Part shown: positions 1-9,193 of the stretch, piece by piece
Layout of the letters: every line of letters begins with the position of its first letter
How positions within the stretch are numbered: the stretch's first letter is position 1
NCBI GenBank assembly: GCA_947084965.1
Contig: CAMTUG010000003.1
Coordinates: 360-64,359, forward strand
DNA from: an uncultured Parcubacteria group bacterium
GTDB lineage: Bacteria > Patescibacteriota > Patescibacteriia > UBA9934 > CAMTUG01
Reading direction: 5' to 3'
Length of the DNA: 64,000 bases
Notes under the pieces: generated by a model
What the model was told of the DNA's origin: nothing
The model's database searches: none
The model's input: the letters and a program-made list of their open reading frames with translations, nothing else
Made by a program: the position numbers and the translations under genes

Positions 1-1046
1 GCGCCGACAGATCGATCATCAGCGAAAAGACGTTGACCCGTCCTTTTTCTGCCATACCGAGCGTTTCATAGAATGCTCGGGTGATGTAGGAAAAACCGAC
101 GTCACTCATAACAGCAAGCTTGCCCGGATTCTGACAGTGCCCCGGATAAATCCCTTGCGGCACCTGGACGACCGAACCAAAGACGTCAAAGCTCTCCAAA
201 GACTGAGATGACCCCCCAACGGCCGGCGTCCACGGCTGATAGGTGATCGGTGCGCCCGGAGAAACATGCACAACAAACCCTAAGTCGTGAGCGACTTCAA
301 AGATACGACCAAACGACCCGCCGTCTGCAAACGTGACGACTGAACAATCACAGAGCGCCTCCGCGTCAATTTGAAATTCGTGTAACACGAGCAACCAAGT
401 GCCGTACGGGATCTCAGCATCGGGCTCACTTTGCGGAAACAACTCAGTGCGGTCGACGTTCAGCCCGATTTCGTGTCCACCCTCGGCCCACGTCGCAAGT
501 TCGGTAACTATCTGAGTGTTGGCTGCAGAAACAAACGTCGGAGAAACAAGGATGGTGAGTTTAACTTTGTGCGCATCAGCAATATCTACAAGTTCTGTAA
601 GCGTTGAAAGATCCTCGAGACGATCAATCGCTACGATTACCACGAGCGAAGTCTTTTCATCGACCACGGCCGGACGTTCTATCGTTGGAGACAGGGCGTT
701 GGTCTCCGCGTTAAAACACTCTTCGGTAATGCCGGTATAATGCGCGGATGAAACCACCTCGCGCGAAACAGAGGTGTAAGAGTAGACCGGCAGAGACTCG
801 CTCGCGTCCGGACCAGTGAAGGCCTCCTCGGAAGCGCGTTCATCCTTTGATGTGTCCGTCATTTCGACCGCGCTCGTTGCTGCCTGCTCCTCGATCAGTC
901 GAGAACGGTAGAGAGTGACAAAAAGGGCGAGGAGTGTGCTGAAAATAAAGAGAGCGATCAAGACGTAGACCCAAGGAGCCGGTCGGGCCTTTGGTGGCTC
1001 GACCGGACCAGGCGTTGCCGGGATCGGCAACGGTTCGACCTCCATG
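1..1046 (-). CDS. membrane-anchored hypothetical protein, possibly polysaccharide-deacetylase (NodB)-like; 5'-partial in window (C-terminus runs off the left edge)
   Basis: Minus-strand ATG at 1046 with GGAGG 9 nt upstream. My by-eye translation stays open to position 1 (MEVEPLPIPATPGPVEPPKARPAPWVYVLIALFIFSTLLALF... with a GGHEIGLNVD motif). It is absent from the ORF track, which is expected for an ORF with no in-window stop. Confidence 0.4.
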
Positions 1047-1123
1047 ATCTTTTTCCTCCGTGGGGGTGAAGCAGACCGTATTGTGGTACGCTTCTTCTCA
1101 GACATAACGCTATTTTATCACGT

Positions 1124-1528
1124 ATGCTACCGATTCGCATCATCGCCGTCAGTAAAATGCCACGTGGGCCGTATCAAGAAGTCACGGAGCAATATAAAAA
1201 GTATTTAAAGGCATTTGCTCGTCTGGAGATTCTCGAAGTGAAAGAGCTCGCAGAGCTCCCTGCAGGGGCGATTCTCCTCGACGAGCGCGGCAAAGAGATG
1301 GAATCAAAAGCGTTCGCCAAGTTCGTCGGTGGATTCGAAGATCGCGGCGAGCCGATCACGTTTGTCATCGGCGGGCCGTTCGGGTTTGAAGAAGCGACCA
1401 AAAAACAGGCGCGACACACCCTACGCCTGTCCACCATGACCCTCCCCCATGACCTCGCCCGCATCGTCCTCCTGGAGCAGCTCTACCGTGCCTTCACTAT
1501 TTTGCGAGGTAAAACGTACCACTATTAG
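1124..1528 (+). CDS. rlmH: 23S rRNA (pseudouridine1915-N3)-methyltransferase RlmH (SPOUT family)
   Basis: 134 aa with the IGGPFGF motif and C-terminal LRLSTMTLPHDLARIVLLEQLYRA, typical of RlmH/YbeA. Confidence 0.8.
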   Translation: MLPIRIIAVSKMPRGPYQEVTEQYKKYLKAFARLEILEVKELAELPAGAILLDERGKEMESKAFAKFVGGFEDRGEPITFVIGGPFGFEEATKKQARHTLRLSTMTLPHDLARIVLLEQLYRAFTILRGKTYHY

Positions 1529-1530
1529 CT

Positions 1531-3093
1531 ATGTCGGAATTAAAAGAAGCACGGGGACACCAAACAGATACAGCGAAACAACAAACCACACCCGCCTCAC
1601 AAGAACGAACCCCCGTCCTTGATCGTGAAACAAATACCTTTGATGTTCCAAAAATCGAACGACAGATGGGCTATCTCACCATGATCGTCGCTGAAGAGAT
1701 GCGTAAAGATGAAGCACTCCGCGATGCGATCATGACCTTTGCCGCCACTCCCCTTACCGAAGAACTCCCAAACGCTTTTGTGGAGCAGATCGAGGCGACG
1801 GGAAACGAACGCATCGCTGCCTTTCTTTCAAGCGAAGGTCTGGAATTGAAGCCGTTTATTGCCCTACCCGCTGTGCCCGAAGAACTACTCACACCAGACA
1901 TTGTGAACGCCCCGAGTTATGAAAAATCAGGGACAAGTACCTGGAGTCCTGAAGGACGCGCCGGAGTCACCTCCGAAGAACGCAAACTCGTCGGATCTCG
2001 TTTTGTTTTCGCTCGCTACGTAAAACGTTTGGCGCTTGGAGCTGAACTATTAGCTAACCCGCAACTAACCAAAGGGAACACATCCGGACGGGTTGAACTA
2101 CCGAGCGGGATCAAAGTCACGTTCGACCCAAAAAAGACCAACGAGGCACAATCACTTATGGATCCGACGGGTTGGAAAACCAATCGCCAGATTAAAGATC
2201 GGGTCTATGAAGTTTCAGCAGGGAATGAACGCCATATTCTTAAGGAACGAAAGACAAATAGACACCTGCACGTGAAAAAGAATGGGCACACCGACGGATT
2301 AACGACCAAGCAGGAGTATGCGACGGCTCGGTTTTTCGAATCGATCAGCCCCATCACGGAAGGTGACGTCCGCGTTCGTTTTGAGGAGGCTGTCGGGTAT
2401 GTAGAATTTCCAGACGGCTATTCGTTCACCTTATTCAGAAATGAAGAGGGGCTTTGGCCGATCGGAGAACACGGAACAGGGAGCAACCGCGTGACCGCGC
2501 GGTTCGCTCAACTGATCGAAGAACATCCAGAATCGTTTCAGCAGGAGTTCAAGGAAGCTGTCACTGAAGTGGAGATGATTATGAAATCAAAAACGTTTGC
2601 TGGACAACGTGTCCAGTTACCGTTTCGACTGTTCTCGAAATTTCCTCCCCTTACGTTCAAACAGTTTGCCCGCGTCCAAGCCATTTCCGATATGGAACGC
2701 GCCCAAGCCCTACTCGATGAAACACAGATCAAGCACGGGTTCCGCAACACCGACCATGACGGCTTTGCCTACAAGCTCTATCGCGGCGATCAAAAACGCC
2801 GTCCATCGCTTGAGCTTGTCGGATTCGACTTTGAATACTTCTCATTCAATCGCCCGCCCGAACAACGCAATCAGGAGATCGGGCGTCTACGCCGCTTCGA
2901 TGTCATGGGCAAACTCCAAATGCTCGTCAACCATCTCCGCTACTACGCCGCAGATGAGGAACCCCTCTCTCCCCAAGAAGTGATTTATTACTTGGCCGTC
3001 ATGCAAAAAACGTATCCTGAAATGACCGAGATTGTTGAGGAGATGAAACGCGAAGATCCGGATTTCATCTTCGACTTGCAGTACGTGCGCTAG
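1531..3093 (+). CDS. hypothetical cytoplasmic protein (520 aa, no recognisable domain)
   Basis: Long uninterrupted ORF with no signal peptide and no motif I can assign. It sits tightly behind rlmH. Confidence 0.55.
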   Translation: MSELKEARGHQTDTAKQQTTPASQERTPVLDRETNTFDVPKIERQMGYLTMIVAEEMRKDEALRDAIMTFAATPLTEELPNAFVEQIEATGNERIAAFLSSEGLELKPFIALPAVPEELLTPDIVNAPSYEKSGTSTWSPEGRAGVTSEERKLVGSRFVFARYVKRLALGAELLANPQLTKGNTSGRVELPSGIKVTFDPKKTNEAQSLMDPTGWKTNRQIKDRVYEVSAGNERHILKERKTNRHLHVKKNGHTDGLTTKQEYATARFFESISPITEGDVRVRFEEAVGYVEFPDGYSFTLFRNEEGLWPIGEHGTGSNRVTARFAQLIEEHPESFQQEFKEAVTEVEMIMKSKTFAGQRVQLPFRLFSKFPPLTFKQFARVQAISDMERAQALLDETQIKHGFRNTDHDGFAYKLYRGDQKRRPSLELVGFDFEYFSFNRPPEQRNQEIGRLRRFDVMGKLQMLVNHLRYYAADEEPLSPQEVIYYLAVMQKTYPEMTEIVEEMKREDPDFIFDLQYVR

Positions 3094-3683
3094 CGAAAGG
3101 ACTTATAGGCGTCGGGAAGGGTGGCGCCCGGTTGAATTTCAGGAAGCGGTTCAGATTTTTTGAGAACCGTATCAAGCAGGATTTTGTATTCGGCATCCAT
3201 GTAGTGATCGTTGCCTGTCGACTCCACCAACTCGGCTTGGAGCATCTTTTGATACTTCTGTGCATGATCAAATGGGACGAGTTTGTCGTCCTTATCGTGG
3301 ACGACGACAAATTCTTTCGTCTTCCACATCACCACTTCATAATCAAATTCAGACAGGAACATGTTGCGCGTCTTTTCACTCTTCGTCTGGTACGGCGCCC
3401 CGACCAAAATAACGGCGCGCGGGGTAGCCATCGCTTCGGCCGCTTCGAGGTAGCGCAGAGCGAGCACCGCACCGAGCGAATGACCGAGGAGAATCGTTTC
3501 ATCGTCCAGCTGACCGACCTCTTTGATCAACGCATCGATACAAGCGAGCACATCGACTTCGCCTTCGAGCGGAATCTTCGGGGCGATCACTTCAAACCCG
3601 CGCTCGCGCAGTTCGTTGGCGAGCCACGGATGGAAGTTTTGATCTGGGCCTGAATTGTATCCGTGAATCAGGACGATTCTCAT
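3090..3683 (-). CDS. alpha/beta-fold serine hydrolase (YdeN/RBBP9-like)
   Basis: MRIVLIHGYNSGP N-terminus and a GHSLGA nucleophile elbow. Confidence 0.65.
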   Translation of the reverse strand: MRIVLIHGYNSGPDQNFHPWLANELRERGFEVIAPKIPLEGEVDVLACIDALIKEVGQLDDETILLGHSLGAVLALRYLEAAEAMATPRAVILVGAPYQTKSEKTRNMFLSEFDYEVVMWKTKEFVVVHDKDDKLVPFDHAQKYQKMLQAELVESTGNDHYMDAEYKILLDTVLKKSEPLPEIQPGATLPDAYKSFR

Positions 3684-4114
3684 AATCCTTTGATGTAGAA
3701 CGTTTCCTTGCGAGACTTCTTGAACGCTTCGAGTCGAGCGTGAGACGTTTCTGAAATAGGACTCGGCAGCTCGTTAAGTGGGAACCACTGGATCCTATCT
3801 ATTTCGTCGTTCTCTGTCCACTCTCCCCCGGTGATCGTTGCTTCGAAAATGAACATCGATTGGCCTTTGTCGACAAACCGATCATGCATGCCGGCAAGTC
3901 GCACAATCTCCACGTCAAACCCCGTTTCTTCTTTTGTCTCCCGCACCGCGGCTTGTTCAGCCGACTCCCCCACCTCGATCCCGCCACCCGGGAGCATCCA
4001 CACGTGCCGCTCTCCCTGAAAGCCGAGAAGCACCTCATCGCGATCATTCACCATGATCGCGTATGCTCCCGCTCCATAAACGTGCGGCCACTGTGATTGC
4101 TGTACAACGGACAT
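3680..4114 (-). CDS. NUDIX hydrolase
   Basis: Nudix box GGGIEVGESAEQAAVRETKEETG. Confidence 0.8.
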   Translation of the reverse strand: MSVVQQSQWPHVYGAGAYAIMVNDRDEVLLGFQGERHVWMLPGGGIEVGESAEQAAVRETKEETGFDVEIVRLAGMHDRFVDKGQSMFIFEATITGGEWTENDEIDRIQWFPLNELPSPISETSHARLEAFKKSRKETFYIKGL

Positions 4115-4115
4115 A

Positions 4116-4613
4116 TTAACTTAGTTCGTTACCGCACTCTAAATAAAGACATGTTTTTCTTCGCATCGCTTTGAGACACTTTGGGAGCCGATGAGCCAGG
4201 CGCGGATTCAACACTTTTAGTGCTCGCTTCGTCGTTACAAAAGCAAACTCTGCGTGTTCTGCTGGATCAAGTTTAATCCGTTTAATCTGTGCATCTGTCA
4301 AACGCCCACCATTAAAGATAAATTGAAACGAATCATCTTTGATAACTTTATCTGTGACTCCTTTGTAATCTACGCATAATAAATTCCCGAGACGTTTAAT
4401 CTTCAGACCAAGCTCTTCCTTGATCTCACGTATACATGCTTCAGTCGGGGATTCACCTTCGTCCACAATACCGCCAGGGATGATCCACCCGTCACGATAC
4501 GTCGTTTTTAAAATCAACACCCGCCCTTGTCGATCAAAAAACAGGACCCCTGAACCGCTTGGCTTGCGGTGCAGGCTTCTGAAGTATTGCGCATACGGCA
4601 GAATCTTTTTCAT
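4116..4613 (-). CDS. NUDIX hydrolase
   Basis: Nudix box GGIVDEGESPTEACIREIKEELG. The start is taken at the internal Met (MKKILPY) so that it abuts the upstream NUDIX gene. Confidence 0.7.
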   Translation of the reverse strand: MKKILPYAQYFRSLHRKPSGSGVLFFDRQGRVLILKTTYRDGWIIPGGIVDEGESPTEACIREIKEELGLKIKRLGNLLCVDYKGVTDKVIKDDSFQFIFNGGRLTDAQIKRIKLDPAEHAEFAFVTTKRALKVLNPRLAHRLPKCLKAMRRKTCLYLECGNELS

Positions 4614-5032
4614 ACTTCGGCGAGCAAAGCTCCCATCCCCGCTTGGAGGACGTGACCATCTTTTAGCGGAATCCAGAAACATTCGAAACGGGTCGGGGGG
4701 TGCTGACCATCATGTTGCTCCTCGCTCGACCAGCGTTCTGGAAGCTCGGCGGTTGGTCGTACTAGAAAGAAATGACGTTCGTGGATTTCGTCACGGCTCG
4801 GGGCCATGTTGTACATTGCGGTTCCGACTTCGCGCACGATTTCGAAGCAATCACGCCCCGTTTCCTCGATGAGTTCTCGCAATGCTGCAGCTTCGATCAA
4901 TTCCCCGTCTCGGACGGAACCTCCTGGCACCTGAATCCCCACCTGTTCATAGGAGAAATCAACATGCCGCAAGACGAGCAGCTCGTCATCCTTCACAACA
5001 TAGACCAAAACTTTTAATTTGATCTCCGCCAC
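4610..5032 (-). CDS. NUDIX hydrolase
   Basis: Nudix box GGSVRDGELIEAAALRELIEETG. Confidence 0.75.
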   Translation of the reverse strand: MAEIKLKVLVYVVKDDELLVLRHVDFSYEQVGIQVPGGSVRDGELIEAAALRELIEETGRDCFEIVREVGTAMYNMAPSRDEIHERHFFLVRPTAELPERWSSEEQHDGQHPPTRFECFWIPLKDGHVLQAGMGALLAEV

Positions 5033-5037
5033 AACTG

Positions 5038-5280
5038 TTACTTCGCTTTGCGGATCCCGGCCACGCCGCCAAGAATCGTACCGACGATCGAGCCCATGGC
5101 CATCGCGGGCCAGTAAACATCACCGACGTCCGCCGGCATCATCTCCGGTCCGTTTCCACTCAAATACCCAACCAATGAGATGAAGTAAATCATGATCAAT
5201 CCTCCAATCGATCCGACAAAAGCGCCGATGAAGGCATGGACGAGCATGGAAACGAACGGGTCTTTCATATCGACAGTCAT
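5038..5280 (-). CDS. small 2-TM glycine-rich membrane protein (hypothetical)
   Basis: 80 aa with two hydrophobic helices carrying GxxxG-type motifs. Confidence 0.4.
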   Translation of the reverse strand: MTVDMKDPFVSMLVHAFIGAFVGSIGGLIMIYFISLVGYLSGNGPEMMPADVGDVYWPAMAMGSIVGTILGGVAGIRKAK

Positions 5281-5305
5281 AAGGTGTGTGGGTTAATAAT
5301 TTACT

Positions 5306-5391
5306 TGGTGCTGGGGGGGAGAATCGAACTCCCACGACCTTGCGGTCACATGGTTCTAAACCATGCGTGGCTACCATTACACCACCCCAGC
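5306..5391 (-). tRNA. tRNA-Leu (anticodon UAG), CCA encoded
   Basis: Minus-strand cloverleaf: acceptor gctgggg/ccccagc, anticodon stem catgg/ccatg with loop tttagaa, long variable arm gacc-gcaa-ggtc, T-arm gggag-ttcgatt-ctccc, then A-CCA. Confidence 0.7.
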
Positions 5392-6039
5392 TTGCAACAA
5401 AAGAATTCTACTTGCGATCTCCCGCTTTCTTGGGAGGAAGTACTTTACATCATCATAATACATCGACTTTAGCAAACTTAATGAATCTTTATTACCAAAA
5501 CACAGATAATAGCAAAATTCCCCAGAATGACATTTTGATGAGCTGATCCAGCCGCGGTTAATCTGAAAGATTGTCTTTATCTTTCCGTGGATCCACTCCA
5601 GAAAGTCACGACTAGCCGACGCAAGCCTCAGACGAATTTGAGGACGGGTGGTCTCCGGATGACTAAATGTTCCGATGGTGCCATCTCCATCGATGCATCC
5701 ACGAAAGAAATCAACGAAGTAATCATCTGGAACCTGGACTGATTTGAGCTTCCTCGACTTAGCAGCCATTAATCCAATGGACGTTAGAAATTTATAAAAA
5801 TTCTTGTCTCCGAACTGAACAATAAAATATCTTTTCTCGGTTTCTCCACCGCGGACTCTCCGACCAATAGCATTATCGAGATTGAGACATCGCTTAAAAG
5901 TCCTTGCCAATTCTCCATCCTTTGAAACGAATACTATATGCCTGCCGTCGGTCGATAAATTTCCATCAGACGTGATTAACCCAATTGCATATGCCAATTC
6001 AGGTCCCCAGTTGATGTTAACTTTAGATCTTCGTTTCAT
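5377..6039 (-). CDS. LAGLIDADG homing endonuclease (two-motif, single chain)
   Basis: Motifs LAYAIGLITSDGNL and FFRGCIDGDGTIG. The last 5 codons and the TAA stop lie inside the tRNA-Leu 5' acceptor stem and D-arm. Confidence 0.8.
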   Translation of the reverse strand: MKRRSKVNINWGPELAYAIGLITSDGNLSTDGRHIVFVSKDGELARTFKRCLNLDNAIGRRVRGGETEKRYFIVQFGDKNFYKFLTSIGLMAAKSRKLKSVQVPDDYFVDFFRGCIDGDGTIGTFSHPETTRPQIRLRLASASRDFLEWIHGKIKTIFQINRGWISSSKCHSGEFCYYLCFGNKDSLSLLKSMYYDDVKYFLPRKREIASRILLLQAGVV

Positions 6040-6155
6040 GTCTTCGTTTTTACAGATACAAGGTCATTTTAGCAGAAAAGACAGGTGACATAAAGGGGGA
6101 GAAAGCGATCTTTGAATCACCAATCCTTTCTGTCAAGCATCAATCCACAGATCAA

Positions 6156-6236
6156 TGTCAGCGCGTTCTGACAAACGCACTTCTGTCAGAAATACCTGAC
6201 AAAACCGTTGACAAAGATGCTTTTTTGCGATACGAT
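6156..6236 (+). promoter_or_regulatory. putative promoter (TTGACA-17-TACGAT) preceded by two TGTCAG-N6-CTGACA palindromes
   Basis: tgtcagcgcgttctgaca at 6156-6173 and tgtcagaaatacctgaca at 6184-6201. ttgaca at 6208-6213 is followed by a 17-nt spacer and tacgat at 6231-6236. Confidence 0.4.
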
Positions 6237-6450
6237 GGACTGTACATTAAATTGATTTCATGGAGGCAATGTACAACAGAGGAAGAACAAAACGGCCACC
6301 AACAAACAGGTGCACGACCCGGCAAAATCCGCCACACGTGCGCAACAATCAAGCTCGCAAAAACCATCTCACTCGCCAATCGGCGGGTGAGATTGTTTGT
6401 TGTCACGAACGTGTGACAATCCGCGCGCCGCCGCATCAAACGTTGTATCA

Positions 6451-8868
6451 ATGGAAACTAATTCAGAACGTATGAAGCAACAGAAAAAACTGAGCGAGAT
6501 CTTTTCCTGGATCCTCCTCGCAACGATGGTGCTTCCAAGACAAGCCTTAGCAGAAGAAGCGCCACGGGTGGTGATCAGTGAAGTGAACTGGGGCGGATCC
6601 GTCACAAGTAACGCGGACGAGTGGCTCGAACTGCAAAACCTCTGGGAGGAGGCGATCGACCTATCCAGCTGGTCGATCGAAGGAGCAGGTGCGAGTGGCG
6701 GCACAATCATTTTGCCAGAAGGTGCGGTGATCGAACCGTACGGCACATATCTCATCAGCAACTATGCATCGAGTGATTCCACCCTTGCCGTCGCCCCAAA
6801 CTACGTCACCACGAACGTCTCGTTATCCAATTCCGCACTGCGCCTTGTGTTACGCGCTGGAAACGGGGAGGTGGTTGACGAGGCGGGTGACGGAGGACGG
6901 CCCATGGCCGGATCCAGTCCAGGAAGCGGAGATAGCGGAACGGGCGGAGCTTCAATGATCAGAACTTCGGACGGTTGGGAGACAGCGGCCACGTCGATCG
7001 GATTCGATGACGGGGTGGAACAACTTGGCACGCCTGGCGTCGGCGATCTCCCAGTAACACGCACCATCGTCGAACCAGAACCGGAAGTTGTGACGGAAGA
7101 AACGCCTGCCACGGAAGAAGTTACTCTATCTGATGATCTTGATACGGCGGAAGAACTATCTCTGATCGAAGATGAAGTTCCAGACGCGGAGGAGCCTATT
7201 GCCGAGGAGACTTCAGCCGATGAAGAAACACCAGAATCCGTTGATGAACCTGAGGTGCTCACACCTGCGAGCTACACACGCGGCACTCTGATCATCAACG
7301 AAGTCTTCCCTGCTCCAACGGAAGGGAATGAATGGGTCGAGATCTATAATCCCTTTAACAACGTGATCCCACTTGAAGGATGGCAGTTGATCGAGGGAGG
7401 CGGAACAAAAGTTACCCTCAGGGGCTACCTCGGCTTTGGACAGTTCACGACCTTTGAGTTCGTCAGTCGGTTGAACAACAGCGGCGACACCGTGCGGCTT
7501 GTTGATCCAACAGGGGCGACGATCGATACCCTCACCTACGGTAAAGAGGTAAAGTCCGGGATGTCGGCCGCACGCGATGATGAAGGCCGCGTCGTGGCCA
7601 CGCTGACACCGACGCGCTACTCGGCAAACGTCATTACGGTGGAAGTTGTCGAGGTAAAAGAGGAGGCGGCAAAGGAAGTGAAAGTCGAAAAGAAAGCGAC
7701 TTCCGAGGAAGTTCTAGAAACAGCAAAGTCTGGACCGACAACGCTGTGGATCATCTCCCTTCTCCCTAACCCGAACGGAGCGGATGAGGAACTCGAAGAG
7801 ATTATCATCGAGAACTTTGGCGATGATCCGGTTCCTCTCGCCGACTGGATCCTGACGGACAGCGCAACCGCCTACAAACTCGTCGGCGAACTCGGGCCCG
7901 GACTCAAACTCATCCTGCCACGACCAACCACACGCATTGCTCTTAACAATACGTCGGACACACTTTCCCTCAACGCACCGAGTGGTGAGGTGATCGACAC
8001 CATTACCTATGAAGACCCAAGCGAAGACGCTCACTATGCTCGAAGTGATGAAGGATGGACGTGGACGGGAATACCTACGCCAGCTGAACCAGAAGATGTT
8101 TCGGACCCTGCCTGTGAAGGAACTGCTCCAGAGGGAGCTCGGGCAAATTCGATAACGACCACGCCCACAACGCGCACCAAAAAGAGCTCCCAAGCCACTG
8201 CCGTATTTGAAGGAGTGGTGATCGCCCCACCAGGCATCTTTGGCACCCAGGTTATGTACGGTGACGGGCTCCAGCTCTACCAGTACAACGGGGACTTTCC
8301 GATCCTCTCCGTCGGTGACGTTGTCCGGGCGCGCGGCACGCCAAGTACAAATCACGGTGAGGGTCGACTCAAACTATCGAGCGCTGATGACCTCACGGTG
8401 ATCGGTCACGAAGAGGTCGAGGCCACAGAGCAGACTCTCAACGACCTCACCGCGTTCGTCGGTCGACTCATCGTCGTCGAAGGGATGATCGTGGGACGCG
8501 CGAGCGATCGGTTTACGATCGAACAGGACGGCGCTGAGCTCGTCGTGATCGCCAAGGAATCGACCGAAATCTCACTCAATGGATTGACGATCGGGCAAGC
8601 GGTGCGCATCACCGGGGTGCTCTCGAGCTATGACGGCAAGCTGCGATTGCTCCCCCGTTTCCAAACAGACGTCGTTAACACCGTCGAACAGGAGGCGACA
8701 ACTACGTCAGCCGGAACGATCGAAGAACCAACGACACCTGCCTCGCCTCTGCGCCCGATCGGGATCGGGCTCGTCGGGTCAACCACCCTCGCCCTCGCCT
8801 GGCGCTGGATCGCTTTCCACCGCAAACAACGGATCGCCAAACTCGTCCCTCAACCCAACATCGCTTAG
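6451..8868 (+). CDS. surface protein with three lamin-tail domains (LTD), N-terminal signal peptide and C-terminal TM anchor
   Basis: Three LTD-like units (VISEVNWGG...EWLELQN; INEVFPAPTEGNEWVEIYNP; ISLLPNPNGADEELEEIIIEN). Signal peptide MKQQKKLSEIFSWILLATMVLP and a C-terminal hydrophobic helix followed by FHRKQR. The start may be 6451 or 6472. Confidence 0.7.
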   Translation: METNSERMKQQKKLSEIFSWILLATMVLPRQALAEEAPRVVISEVNWGGSVTSNADEWLELQNLWEEAIDLSSWSIEGAGASGGTIILPEGAVIEPYGTYLISNYASSDSTLAVAPNYVTTNVSLSNSALRLVLRAGNGEVVDEAGDGGRPMAGSSPGSGDSGTGGASMIRTSDGWETAATSIGFDDGVEQLGTPGVGDLPVTRTIVEPEPEVVTEETPATEEVTLSDDLDTAEELSLIEDEVPDAEEPIAEETSADEETPESVDEPEVLTPASYTRGTLIINEVFPAPTEGNEWVEIYNPFNNVIPLEGWQLIEGGGTKVTLRGYLGFGQFTTFEFVSRLNNSGDTVRLVDPTGATIDTLTYGKEVKSGMSAARDDEGRVVATLTPTRYSANVITVEVVEVKEEAAKEVKVEKKATSEEVLETAKSGPTTLWIISLLPNPNGADEELEEIIIENFGDDPVPLADWILTDSATAYKLVGELGPGLKLILPRPTTRIALNNTSDTLSLNAPSGEVIDTITYEDPSEDAHYARSDEGWTWTGIPTPAEPEDVSDPACEGTAPEGARANSITTTPTTRTKKSSQATAVFEGVVIAPPGIFGTQVMYGDGLQLYQYNGDFPILSVGDVVRARGTPSTNHGEGRLKLSSADDLTVIGHEEVEATEQTLNDLTAFVGRLIVVEGMIVGRASDRFTIEQDGAELVVIAKESTEISLNGLTIGQAVRITGVLSSYDGKLRLLPRFQTDVVNTVEQEATTTSAGTIEEPTTPASPLRPIGIGLVGSTTLALAWRWIAFHRKQRIAKLVPQPNIA

Positions 8869-8885
8869 TCACACAATGAACTTTT

Positions 8886-9113
8886 ATGGACACGCAAGAA
8901 ACGAACGCTCAGCAGGACCCAAAAGGTGAATCCTGGTACTCACGCATGATGCAGGCGATCACCAAGATGGGCGATCAGCTCGAATTGGCCGGAGAAAAAC
9001 GCGACGACTTCCGCGCCTTCGTGGAAATGGTCGCTCGTGAACAATTCAAGGCCGGGAATCGTTCAGGAATTATCTGGCTACGCAAGCAGATCGGACCAAC
9101 ACCAGCGGCCTAG
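8886..9113 (+). CDS. hypothetical small protein
   Basis: 75-aa ORF followed by a hairpin (gcgcaac...gttgcgc). Confidence 0.35.
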   Translation: MDTQETNAQQDPKGESWYSRMMQAITKMGDQLELAGEKRDDFRAFVEMVAREQFKAGNRSGIIWLRKQIGPTPAA

Positions 9114-9193
9114 CAGATGACCTCGATGGGGGCGCAACAGGCAAAAAAACAGGCCGTTGCGCCCTTGTCCGGGGGTCGGTATAATTCGCTTGT

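Noticed and set aside
5120-5546. ORFs 5120..5377 (-), 5236..5472 (+) and 5286..5546 (+).
   Set aside because: They overlap the tRNA-Leu(UAG) gene and the 3' end of the homing-endonuclease gene, and have no coding signal.
6801-8355. Minus-strand ORFs 6801..7262 and 7714..8355.
   Set aside because: They are antisense shadows of the lamin-tail-domain gene with Ser-rich or irregular composition.
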